Assembly (NCBI RefSeq): GCF_000284115.1
Contig: NC_017081.1
Location: 49,158-81,157, forward strand
Length of the DNA: 32,000 nucleotides
From: Phycisphaera mikurensis NBRC 102666
Lineage (GTDB): Bacteria > Planctomycetota > Phycisphaerae > Phycisphaerales > Phycisphaeraceae
Reading direction: 5' to 3'
Shown here one piece after another: positions 8,548 through 16,475 of the stretch. Position numbers and translations under genes: made by a program. How positions within the stretch are numbered: the first letter of the stretch is position 1; the number at the start of each line of letters is the position of its first letter. The notes beneath the pieces were generated by a model, which saw nothing but the letters and a program-made list of their open reading frames with translations, ran no database searches and was not told the origin of the DNA.

Positions 8548-8841
8548 ATGCCCGACAAACCTCTGAAAGAGGACGAGAAACGAGAGTGGATGCTCGCCCT
8601 CGCTCACACGTTCCCGTCGCACCAGCAGTTGAGGATCTGGGACACCGAGGCGGTTGACCACCGAGCGACGCACGGAGCCAGCCACGGCGAGAAGGTCACC
8701 GCCCAGTTCCTCCTGAGCGTCTGGAACCAGTGGCACGCCTACGACGCCGGAGCCTTCGACCTGTTCGAGGCCGTGCGGGTTTGGGACGAGGAGCACTTGA
8801 AGGCGTTCCAGGCGTGGGCTTCAGATCCGGTCTGTTTTTGA
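8548..8841 (+). CDS. hypothetical small protein
   Basis: 97 aa, MPDKPLKEDEKREWMLALAHTFPSHQQLRIWDTEAVDHRATHG...; ordinary composition with several W residues. No family recognised. Confidence 0.5.
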   Translation: MPDKPLKEDEKREWMLALAHTFPSHQQLRIWDTEAVDHRATHGASHGEKVTAQFLLSVWNQWHAYDAGAFDLFEAVRVWDEEHLKAFQAWASDPVCF

Positions 8842-9018
8842 GAGTTCTGGCGAGTGCTGCCCTCCCGATAGAAGACGTTTTCGAGCGCGCTCTCGTGCTC
8901 CTGGAGGCCCTGGCGCTCTGACCTGATGGCGCTTACACTTCCCGCACACGGATGTGGTGTTGGTGGATCCTGCCCCGGCCCCGCCGCCGCAGAATCTTCT
9001 TCCTTTGAGGTCGTCACG

Positions 9019-10023
9019 ATGATGTCGCAGCTCACCCTGGCGGACGCGACCCCAGAGCGTCGGAAGCTGACGGCGGTGGAGTTCAGCGGGCTCACCGAGG
9101 TTCCGGAGGCGGCGACGTGGTTCGCCAACCTCGACAACGAGAACACGAGGCGTGCCTACCAAGCCGATGTGCGGGATTTCATGGAGTTCCTGGGCATCCG
9201 GGAGCCCGAGGACCTGCGGGCGGTCACCCGGGCCCACGTGATCGCTTGGCGGACATCGCTGACGGAGGCACCAGAGGACGGTGGTCGGGGCCTCGCGCCG
9301 GCCTCGGTGCAGCGGAAGCTCGGTGCGGTGTCCTCGCTCTTCGAGCACCTCTGTGACCGCAACGCGGTGGCGGGCAATCCGGTCCGCGGGGTGAAGCGTC
9401 CATCGCGGGACGTCCAGGCCGGGCGGACCCCCGCCCTCGGTGACGAGGAGGCACAACGACTGCTCGATGCACCGAAGGGCAACGGGCTGAAGGCCCTCCG
9501 GGACCGAGCGATCCTGTCCTGCTACCTCTTCCATGCGCTGCGTCGCTCGGAGCTTGCCTCCCTCACGGTCGGCAGCATCACCCGGCGACGCGGGGTGCCG
9601 CACCTCACCGTCCTCGGCAAGGGCGGGAAGACTCGATACGTCCCCGCACATCAGGGGACACTCGCCGCCATCCGCGCTTACCTCGCCGAGGCGGGTCATG
9701 GCGACGATCCCGCCGCCCCCCTCTTCCGGCCGGTCGTGAACCCGGCCGGCTCCCCCGATCGGGGCATCAGCGGGGACGGGATCTACGTGGCGGTGAAGAA
9801 GTACGCCGCCGAGGCTGGCATTGAGGTCGAGGGCCTGTGCCTGCACGCCCTCCGCGCCACGGCCGCGACCAACGCCCTTGAGAACGGGGCGGACCTGGCC
9901 GCCGTCCAAGAATGGCTCGGTCACGCCAGCATCGAGACCACCCGCCTCTACGACCACCGGCACGTGCGGGCGCATGATTCGCCGACGTTCAGCGTGCGGT
10001 ACGGGTCGGCGGAATCATCCTGA
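9019..10023 (+). CDS. tyrosine recombinase / integrase (XerC/XerD-like)
   Basis: ATG 9019 inside ORF 8926..10023. N-terminal SAM-like domain (WFANLDNENTRRAYQADVRDFMEFLG). Catalytic region: LFHALRRSELASLTVGSI, GKGGKTRYVP, LHALRATAATNALENG, LGHASIETTRLYDHR. Confidence 0.92.
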   Translation: MMSQLTLADATPERRKLTAVEFSGLTEVPEAATWFANLDNENTRRAYQADVRDFMEFLGIREPEDLRAVTRAHVIAWRTSLTEAPEDGGRGLAPASVQRKLGAVSSLFEHLCDRNAVAGNPVRGVKRPSRDVQAGRTPALGDEEAQRLLDAPKGNGLKALRDRAILSCYLFHALRRSELASLTVGSITRRRGVPHLTVLGKGGKTRYVPAHQGTLAAIRAYLAEAGHGDDPAAPLFRPVVNPAGSPDRGISGDGIYVAVKKYAAEAGIEVEGLCLHALRATAATNALENGADLAAVQEWLGHASIETTRLYDHRHVRAHDSPTFSVRYGSAESS

Positions 10024-10053
10024 GCGCGGCCGGTCCACCGGAGTTCTTTCACC

Positions 10054-11130
10054 ATGCCCGATGCCCCTCAACCCTTCCTGGCCATGTACCGCGAAAGCGT
10101 CGCCGCCTGGTGCGGCAGCATGCCCGAGGGGTTGTTGTGCCCCTTCTCCGGCTTGGATGTCTCAGAGACGTCTCTTTGCCAAGGCCATTTGATTCCGAAG
10201 TGCGTCGACCACTGGCGCGGCGGCGGAACGGTCCCCCAGCACGCTGAGCTTGACCACTACTTCGGCCGCACCCTGGACCGTGAATTGGCGAAGCTGGTCG
10301 CCAATGGCCGCCAGCCGCTGTTGAGTGCGCTCGCCAACGCGGACCGGATCCGCATCCAGCACGAAACCGATGACCCATGCTCGAGCGATGTCTGGGCATA
10401 TCCCAAGGGTGAGATGTCTCCAGGCAAGGCGGCCAAGGCAGGCGCCGCGGTCTTGCAATTTCACCCGGACGGGGAGTCACCCTTGACGTTCTCGATCCGG
10501 GCTTCGCCGATGGACCTCGCCCGCCTGCGTCGTACCGAACCTCTGAACCTTCGTCTTCACGCGGAAGGCGGCGTCGCTGATCTGCGGCTCGGTGGCGCAG
10601 CATTGGTTCGAGCTGCGTTTCTCATGTGGTTTCGGAGCGACCCGATGTTCGCGTTCTGCAACAACCTCCGCGGATGGATCGTCGATCCCTTCGTGCAGGC
10701 CTTTCAGGAGGACCGCCGACTCGAGGAGTGCGGTGACCTGTATGACCGCTTCGAGGGAAGCGTGAAGGTGTTGTCAATCAAGCCGAACCCGAGGCCCGAG
10801 CAGGTAGAGGCCCTGGACTCGCTGAAAGCGGGTCACTACGTGATGCACACAACCACCCAGCGTTTCCCGGATCTGGCTCCTTTTGCCATCTCGGCGCTGC
10901 TTCGCGGCAGCCGACACGCATCCCTCGCCATCACCCTGCCTTTCGCTACGCGCCCAGAAAACCGGGAGGAGAGCCTCCAGCTCTACCGCAGGTACCAGAC
11001 GGACCCAGCATGGCCACACACCCGGACCTTCGTGCGGCTCGAACCCGGTGCGTTCGACGTGTACACCGGGCTTCCCGGGCCGGATGCAGAACGGAAGAGC
11101 TTCCGCAGCGGAACCAAGCTTGCCGCCTGA
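10054..11130 (+). CDS. uncharacterised protein with weak HNH-like N-terminal signature
   Basis: 358-aa ORF starting 30 nt after the recombinase. Contains LLCPFSGLDVSETSLCQGHLIPKCVDHW (partial Cys/GH.IPK pattern reminiscent of HNH proteins). Family assignment is weak. Confidence 0.6.
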   Translation: MPDAPQPFLAMYRESVAAWCGSMPEGLLCPFSGLDVSETSLCQGHLIPKCVDHWRGGGTVPQHAELDHYFGRTLDRELAKLVANGRQPLLSALANADRIRIQHETDDPCSSDVWAYPKGEMSPGKAAKAGAAVLQFHPDGESPLTFSIRASPMDLARLRRTEPLNLRLHAEGGVADLRLGGAALVRAAFLMWFRSDPMFAFCNNLRGWIVDPFVQAFQEDRRLEECGDLYDRFEGSVKVLSIKPNPRPEQVEALDSLKAGHYVMHTTTQRFPDLAPFAISALLRGSRHASLAITLPFATRPENREESLQLYRRYQTDPAWPHTRTFVRLEPGAFDVYTGLPGPDAERKSFRSGTKLAA

Positions 11131-11149
11131 GAGAAGCACCGTGACACGC

Positions 11150-11395
11150 TCATGCTGATGAAGAGAGCTTCTGCCGCGTCCACGCTTTGAAGCCGGGGTC
11201 GGCCGACAGGAAGTGTTCGAGGATGGCGACGCCAAGCTTCTGCTTGGTGGCCAAATCGCCGTGATGCTCCCGGTGATAGCTGACATACGCGTCCAGCTCT
11301 TGGTTGAGCTTTGGCGGAAGGGACAGCGCGAGGCGTTCGACCTTCCCCTCCGGGGGAAGGGGACCGAGAACGGGGGCGGCGGGGCTGGAGGGCAT
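11150..11395 (-). CDS. DUF2274-like protein of Trb conjugation clusters
   Basis: LGPLPPEGKVERLALSLPPKLNQELDAYVSYHREHH...LGVAILEHFLSADPGFKAWTRQ resembles DUF2274 proteins, which are encoded immediately downstream of trbI. Confidence 0.6.
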   Translation of the reverse strand: MPSSPAAPVLGPLPPEGKVERLALSLPPKLNQELDAYVSYHREHHGDLATKQKLGVAILEHFLSADPGFKAWTRQKLSSSA

Positions 11396-11400
11396 GGGGA

Positions 11401-12729
11401 TCAGTACCGGTAGGGCTCAAGGAGGAGGTCTTCTTCCACCAGCACGCGAACCCGTGCGCCCTGGCGGATCTTGATCGTGGGTTGAACGTCGAGCACCCGG
11501 TCGACGATGCGGCCGCCAACCCGCGTGGACTCGAGGGCGACGGAGTCGCCGATGAGGTCTTCGTCTCGGCCGCTGTCGCGGTCCCGGGCAGAGTTGGCCC
11601 CGTAGGTGATGGCGGTCGAGAGCAGCACGCCGCCGAGCAGGCGATCGAGGTGGTAGTCCACCTTGTCCTTCACGCCGGCCGCTCCGGTGGGGTCTGTGCC
11701 GAGCAACGCGTCGAGGATCAGCGAGCTGCCATCGGGGAACAGCAGCCGCTCCCACACCAGCAGCGCCCGGTCCTGCCCGTTGCTCACGAGGCTGTCGTAG
11801 CTGCCCAGCAGCCGGGCCCCCTGCGGGATGAGCAGGTGCTGCCCGGTCACCGAATCGTAGACCGGAGAGGTCACCTGGGCGACGATGCGCCCGGGCAGGT
11901 CGGTGTTGATGGCGGTGAGGAGGCTCGCGGCGACGGTGCTCCCAGCCTGCAGCGTGTACGGGCTTGACGGCTGTCTCAGCCGCTCTGGCAGCACCGGCCG
12001 CACCCCCCCACCGCCCTCCTCGGTGAAGGCCCGCTTCTCCAACTGGAGGTTCGTGTCCACCGTCGGCGTCCTCTCCGCCACCAGCGGCGACACCGGCGTT
12101 TCAATCCCGCCGAGGGATCCGGCGCCTGGGGCGAGGCCCGGGCCGAAGAGATCTGTCCCGGCGGATCCGGCGGCAGCCGGCAGCGGCGGCGCAAAGAAGA
12201 CGGAGCTGCGATACGCCGTCGCGCTCGCCTCTTCGCTCGCCCGCTGGATCGCCTCCACCTTGGCCATGAGATCGGCGACCTCCGCCGCCGTGGGACCGGA
12301 GGGCATTCCGGCGCCTTGCGGAGCTGCTTCGCTCGTGACTGGCGTCGCGGAGGCCACAGATTCGGGTGCCGCTGCAGAAGCCCCGGTGGCGGTGGCGGCC
12401 GTGGCTCCCGTTGTCTCCGACACGAGGCTCGCGTAGGAGAGCGGTCCGAAGTCGCGTGGGTCGGCGTCTCCATACGTCACGGGCAGGCGCATCGTGGCGG
12501 TCGGCGTCGCCACCGAGCGGACCGGTGCACTTTGCGCCTGCTCCTCGGCCGGGACCGGGTCAGAGGAACCCCACATCAGGATCGCCGCCACCACTACGAC
12601 CAACACGCCCACCGCCACGGCCACCGTCCGCTTGTTGACGCCGACAACCCGTTCGTCCACAGCGGTGCCCGGCTCGCCATCGATGGCGTCCTCGAAGCTC
12701 TCCTTGCTCGCACCGGGGGTGGACATCAC
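11401..12729 (-). CDS. trbI: P-type conjugative transfer protein TrbI (VirB10 family)
   Basis: Single N-terminal TM (VAVAVGVLVVVVAAILMWG), Pro-rich middle. C-terminal domain: YTLQAGSTVAASLLTAINTDLPGRIVAQVTSPVYDSVTGQHLLIPQGARLLGSYDS...RLLGGVLLSTAITYG. Confidence 0.95.
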   Translation of the reverse strand: MMSTPGASKESFEDAIDGEPGTAVDERVVGVNKRTVAVAVGVLVVVVAAILMWGSSDPVPAEEQAQSAPVRSVATPTATMRLPVTYGDADPRDFGPLSYASLVSETTGATAATATGASAAAPESVASATPVTSEAAPQGAGMPSGPTAAEVADLMAKVEAIQRASEEASATAYRSSVFFAPPLPAAAGSAGTDLFGPGLAPGAGSLGGIETPVSPLVAERTPTVDTNLQLEKRAFTEEGGGGVRPVLPERLRQPSSPYTLQAGSTVAASLLTAINTDLPGRIVAQVTSPVYDSVTGQHLLIPQGARLLGSYDSLVSNGQDRALLVWERLLFPDGSSLILDALLGTDPTGAAGVKDKVDYHLDRLLGGVLLSTAITYGANSARDRDSGRDEDLIGDSVALESTRVGGRIVDRVLDVQPTIKIRQGARVRVLVEEDLLLEPYRY

Positions 12730-13754
12730 GGCGCCTCCCCGAAGAAACCGCCCTCGTAGGCGATGACGACCTCGTCCGCCGCGTCCTTGCCCACCTTCAG
12801 CACCGCGGTGTCGAAGACGGTGTCGACGACGTACAGCCCATTCACCACGCGGTAGTTCACCAACTCGTCCTCACGGCTCCCGGGCCGCCGCACAAACAGC
12901 GGCGGGGCCTCGGTCTGGAGGACGTGCGGCGGGAACTGGATGAAGGTTTTGTGCCCGTCATGGAAGACGCGGAGCGGCGTCCACCGCGGAGCGCGACGAG
13001 GCTTCCGTGGGCGGACAGCGAAGTCGAAGTCCAGGGCACCCACGTTGGCGACGATCGGGTTGCCGCCACCAGCCGCCGCGCCCGCACCTGCTTCCTGCAC
13101 CGCCCCGCCGGCGTCGGACGCGGCGGGCAAGCCCGGCACCACCGCCCCACCGGGGTACGTCCACGCCACCAACGACTGGAACGCATTGGCGTCGTCGGCG
13201 TCCGCCAGCAGCTCCAGCTGGTACAGGCGGCGGTCCGTGGTGACCACGAGGTTCGTCGCCAGTGGCGCCGACACCGGCTTCACCAGCAGCGTCACCTGTG
13301 CGGCGGAGCCCTCGCCCACGCGGGTCTCCTCCACCATCCACCGCTCGGTGTCGCCCGCGGCGCGGGAGATGACACGCTCGCCAGGCTCGAGCAGGAGCGA
13401 CGTGAGGAAGCCGGGCCGCGTGCGGACCTGATAGACGGTGCCGGGACGCCAGAAGTGGTGGACGCCCGAACGCAGCGAGCGGCCGTCGCCGGCGGCCACC
13501 AGGGCCGCGTCTGGCGAGGCACTCGCCTCTTGGAGATACGGAGCGAGGTCCACCCGCGTCGGCGCGGGCCCGAAGGCGGCTTCGTGCTCCTCCAGCGTCG
13601 TGGGCCCCCGTGCCGGTGCCAACGGTTCGACGTGTGGCTGGGTCTGCACCAGCTGGAGGTCCGGGCCGCGGTACGGCGGCGGGGAGCTGGTGCAGCCTGC
13701 AAGGAATGCAGCGGCCACGCCTGCCGGGAGGAGGAGCAGGAAGATCAGTTTCAT
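12726..13754 (-). CDS. trbG: P-type conjugative transfer protein TrbG (VirB9 family) lipoprotein
   Basis: ATG 13752-13754: MKLIFLLLLPAGVAAAFLAGCTSS (lipobox). VYQVRTRPGFLTSLLLEPGERVISRAAGDTERWMVEE... and C-terminal VVNGLYVVDTVFDTAVLKVG. Operon position between trbF and trbI. Confidence 0.92.
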   Translation of the reverse strand: MKLIFLLLLPAGVAAAFLAGCTSSPPPYRGPDLQLVQTQPHVEPLAPARGPTTLEEHEAAFGPAPTRVDLAPYLQEASASPDAALVAAGDGRSLRSGVHHFWRPGTVYQVRTRPGFLTSLLLEPGERVISRAAGDTERWMVEETRVGEGSAAQVTLLVKPVSAPLATNLVVTTDRRLYQLELLADADDANAFQSLVAWTYPGGAVVPGLPAASDAGGAVQEAGAGAAAGGGNPIVANVGALDFDFAVRPRKPRRAPRWTPLRVFHDGHKTFIQFPPHVLQTEAPPLFVRRPGSREDELVNYRVVNGLYVVDTVFDTAVLKVGKDAADEVVIAYEGGFFGEAP

Positions 13755-14458
13755 GAAGGCGCTCCTTCGCTCACCGCCACCCGGGTGTCGCGGGACCAGG
13801 AGATCGCGTGCACGAAGGTGCCCAGCGGGTTCTCGAAGGCCGCGTCGGCCGTCGTCGGCTCGACCAAGCGGTAGCGGAAGATCCCGGTCCAGGGCTGCGA
13901 CGACACGGCCATCCCGCGATCGACCACCTGCTCGGTCCACCGCAGCTGCAGGCTCTCGTCGCTCAACCGGACCACTGAGTCGACGTCAACCGCGATCAAC
14001 ACCTCTTGGGCCTCGCGGGCTTCGCCCAGCTGATTCATCGTCAGCACGGCGTCGCCGGCGAGGAAGTCGTATGCGCGTTTCCAGTTCCGCCGCTGCACGA
14101 CCGGGTCCGACGGTTTGCTCCGCATGAGGACCAGGAGGTCCGCCACCGTCCGCTGCACCATCGCCTCGGTTGGGTTCCACCCGCGGCTGGACGCTTCCAC
14201 CCGCGTGGGCCGGCCCTGCTCGTTGACCTCAACCACATACAGCTCGACCTGCTTCTCGCGGACTGCCCCCACGAGCGCGACCGCCTGGACGGCCACGACC
14301 AGTGCCAGCCCCGCCACGAGGACGCCGAGCACGATGGCCAACCGCCGGACAGCCCCCATGCGGCGGTCGGTCATCTGCGCCGCACGGACGAAGGGCGACT
14401 CGGAGTCCGCGAGGCTGCCGCGCTTCGCGGAGCGGAAGAGTTGGTGGGGGAAGCTCAT
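13751..14458 (-). CDS. trbF: conjugal transfer protein TrbF (VirB8 family)
   Basis: N-terminal region then TM (VRRLAIVLGVLVAGLALVVAVQAVALVG), VYVVEVNEQGR-like ELYVVEVNEQGRPTRVE, and C-terminal FRYRLVEPTTADAAFENPLGTFVHAISWSR. Syntenic. Confidence 0.9.
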   Translation of the reverse strand: MSFPHQLFRSAKRGSLADSESPFVRAAQMTDRRMGAVRRLAIVLGVLVAGLALVVAVQAVALVGAVREKQVELYVVEVNEQGRPTRVEASSRGWNPTEAMVQRTVADLLVLMRSKPSDPVVQRRNWKRAYDFLAGDAVLTMNQLGEAREAQEVLIAVDVDSVVRLSDESLQLRWTEQVVDRGMAVSSQPWTGIFRYRLVEPTTADAAFENPLGTFVHAISWSRDTRVAVSEGAPS

Positions 14459-14463
14459 GATCG

Positions 14464-15621
14464 TCAGAAGGAAGGGGCACCACCACCGCCACCGCCGCCA
14501 CCGGTCGCGCGGTCCAAGAGCCGGCTCGCGGCCTGAGCGTGACGACCCGTGGAACTGCGGGGGTCGGGGACGGGTCGCGCCGCCCAGGCCCCGCGACCCG
14601 CGGATACCACGCTGCCCACGCTGGCCCCAAACTCCCTCGCGCTGCTGGACCCGGTGAGGACGCCGACCCCCGTGGCCGCGGCGCCGGCGGCGGGCCCGGC
14701 GGAAGCCTGGACGACGCTCGCTGCGGCGCGGGTGGCCGCAAGGGCAGGCTCGCCAGCCGCCGCACCCGCCGCCACCGTGCGGGCCGTGCCCGCCCCCGCG
14801 GCGGCGAAGGTTCCGGCCCCGAGCGATGGGCCGCCACTCACGAGGTCAGCGGCGTAACGCGGCGCGAGGATGGTCATCGCGAGCATCAGGAACGAGCCGA
14901 GGATGATCCCCGAAGTCCGCGCAGCCGTCAGCTCGTCCAGCGTCGCGGGAACCATGCCGACCATCAGGCTCTCGGTGAGCCCCACCACCAGCGCCATCGA
15001 GGCGACGCGGAGCCCCGAGGAGAACACCCAGGCCACCGGCCTCTCCGCGATCCAAGCGGTGGGCTTGAAGAGTGCAAAGGGCATCGTGAGCAGCGCGAGC
15101 AGCGAGCCCACTTGGAAGATGAGCACGGCGAAGAAGATGCCGATCGCCAGGATGAAGAAAGCCGCGAGCACCGCGACCCAGGCGAAGCCGAGGCTCGCGA
15201 TCTCGATGAAGTTCCAGAAGAAGGCGGCCGGACCGCTGAGCGAGCCCATCTTCTCAGCGATCCGCTCGAGAATCGTCACGCCCCGCTGCGCCACTGCCCC
15301 GGGGTTCAGAAACTGCTCCGTGGTAAGCGTGCTCCCCCCGGCCCGAAGCCCTCCGCTCGCAAAGCTCGAATAGACGATCCACGTCAGGTAGTCCCACTGC
15401 CGCACGATCCAGATGAGAACCCCCGTGCTGACGATGCGACGCGCAATCTGACCAGCACTCACGTCCGTGCCGAACATCCAGAAGAAGGCTGCCGTGACGA
15501 CATTGAGAAGCAGCAGCACCTCCATCAGCGACTCGCTCGGTGCAGAGAGCAGCCCGAAGCCGGTGTCCACCGTCTGCAGGAACTGGTTCAGGAAGACGTT
15601 GATGCCGCTGACGTCGTTCAT
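14464..15621 (-). CDS. trbL: P-type conjugative transfer protein TrbL (VirB6 family)
   Basis: Polytopic membrane protein (LNVVTAAFFWMFG..., FFILAIGIFFAVLIFQVGSLLALLTMPFALFKPTAWIAERPVAWVFSSGLRVASMALVVGL) with a Gly/Ala-rich tail. Located between trbJ and trbF. Confidence 0.88.
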   Translation of the reverse strand: MNDVSGINVFLNQFLQTVDTGFGLLSAPSESLMEVLLLLNVVTAAFFWMFGTDVSAGQIARRIVSTGVLIWIVRQWDYLTWIVYSSFASGGLRAGGSTLTTEQFLNPGAVAQRGVTILERIAEKMGSLSGPAAFFWNFIEIASLGFAWVAVLAAFFILAIGIFFAVLIFQVGSLLALLTMPFALFKPTAWIAERPVAWVFSSGLRVASMALVVGLTESLMVGMVPATLDELTAARTSGIILGSFLMLAMTILAPRYAADLVSGGPSLGAGTFAAAGAGTARTVAAGAAAGEPALAATRAAASVVQASAGPAAGAAATGVGVLTGSSSAREFGASVGSVVSAGRGAWAARPVPDPRSSTGRHAQAASRLLDRATGGGGGGGGAPSF

Positions 15622-15671
15622 GGCGTTTCAGGTGCGGGCGAGAGGCGGGCGAAGGAGAGACGGCGGCGGCG

Positions 15672-16475
15672 TCAGCGGACAGGCACGGCGACCGCTGCCA
15701 ATGAGGCGGTGGTGCTGGCCCCGGCTCGAAAGGCCTCCCGCTGCTGCCGCGCGAGCTCCTCGTCGTCGTTGGCTCGCGCCGCTGTCACCAGCTCTCTCCG
15801 CTCCTGCGAGAGCAGGCTCAGGTGCAGCGCCTGCAACTCGGACACCACTTCACCCAGCATCTGGCTGTTGGCCTGGACCGCGGCCTTGGTTCCCGCGGCG
15901 TTCTGCGACGCCTGCCCGATCCCAGCCACCTCCGTCGAGCGATCCTCCATCCCCGTCACCGCGTCCTCCACCACCAGGGCCGAGGCCCGCGCCGCGTCCC
16001 GCTCAGCTTCCCGCTTGAAGGCCATCTGCAGCTCGTGCTCTTGGATGTGCTGGGCGGCGACCACGTCAGCGTGAACGCCGGGGAAGACTTGGTTGAACCA
16101 GTCCTCGGTGATGCCCTCTTGGATCCGGATGGAGTACGCGACCGCCCCCCACCGCCCACGGAGCGACTGCAGCGAGTTGGACGCGGCCTGCCAGCTGCTG
16201 AAGTCCAGATCCTGCAGCGACCGGATCTGCAGCTGGATCTGCTGGGCCTGGTTTTGCATCTGGGCGTACTGGGTCGTGAGGTCCTCGGCCTTCTGCGCGA
16301 TCTCGTACACCTGGTTGACGATCGATTCCGCCATCTGCGCAAACGCGGCCGGGTCGTAGACGATGTCGCCGACGCCGAAGATGGCGGCCGCCTTGGGGGC
16401 GGGTGCAAGCGAGAGCGCGGCGGCGAGTGCAACCACCGCGGTGCCGCGGCACGGGAGGGAGGAGGTGTGTCTCAT
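15672..16475 (-). CDS. trbJ: P-type conjugative transfer protein TrbJ (VirB5-like)
   Basis: ATG 16473-16475: MRHTSSLPCRGTAVVALAAALSLAPAPKAAAIFGVGDIVYDPAAFAQMAESIVNQVYEIAQKAEDLTTQYAQM; signal peptide followed by the TrbJ-typical helical region. ATGA overlap with trbE. Confidence 0.88.
   Translation of the reverse strand: MRHTSSLPCRGTAVVALAAALSLAPAPKAAAIFGVGDIVYDPAAFAQMAESIVNQVYEIAQKAEDLTTQYAQMQNQAQQIQLQIRSLQDLDFSSWQAASNSLQSLRGRWGAVAYSIRIQEGITEDWFNQVFPGVHADVVAAQHIQEHELQMAFKREAERDAARASALVVEDAVTGMEDRSTEVAGIGQASQNAAGTKAAVQANSQMLGEVVSELQALHLSLLSQERRELVTAARANDDEELARQQREAFRAGASTTASLAAVAVPVR

Noticed and set aside
14539-16074. Plus-strand ORF of 511 aa opposite trbL/trbJ
   Set aside because: Low-complexity composition, antisense shadow of clear trbL and trbJ genes.
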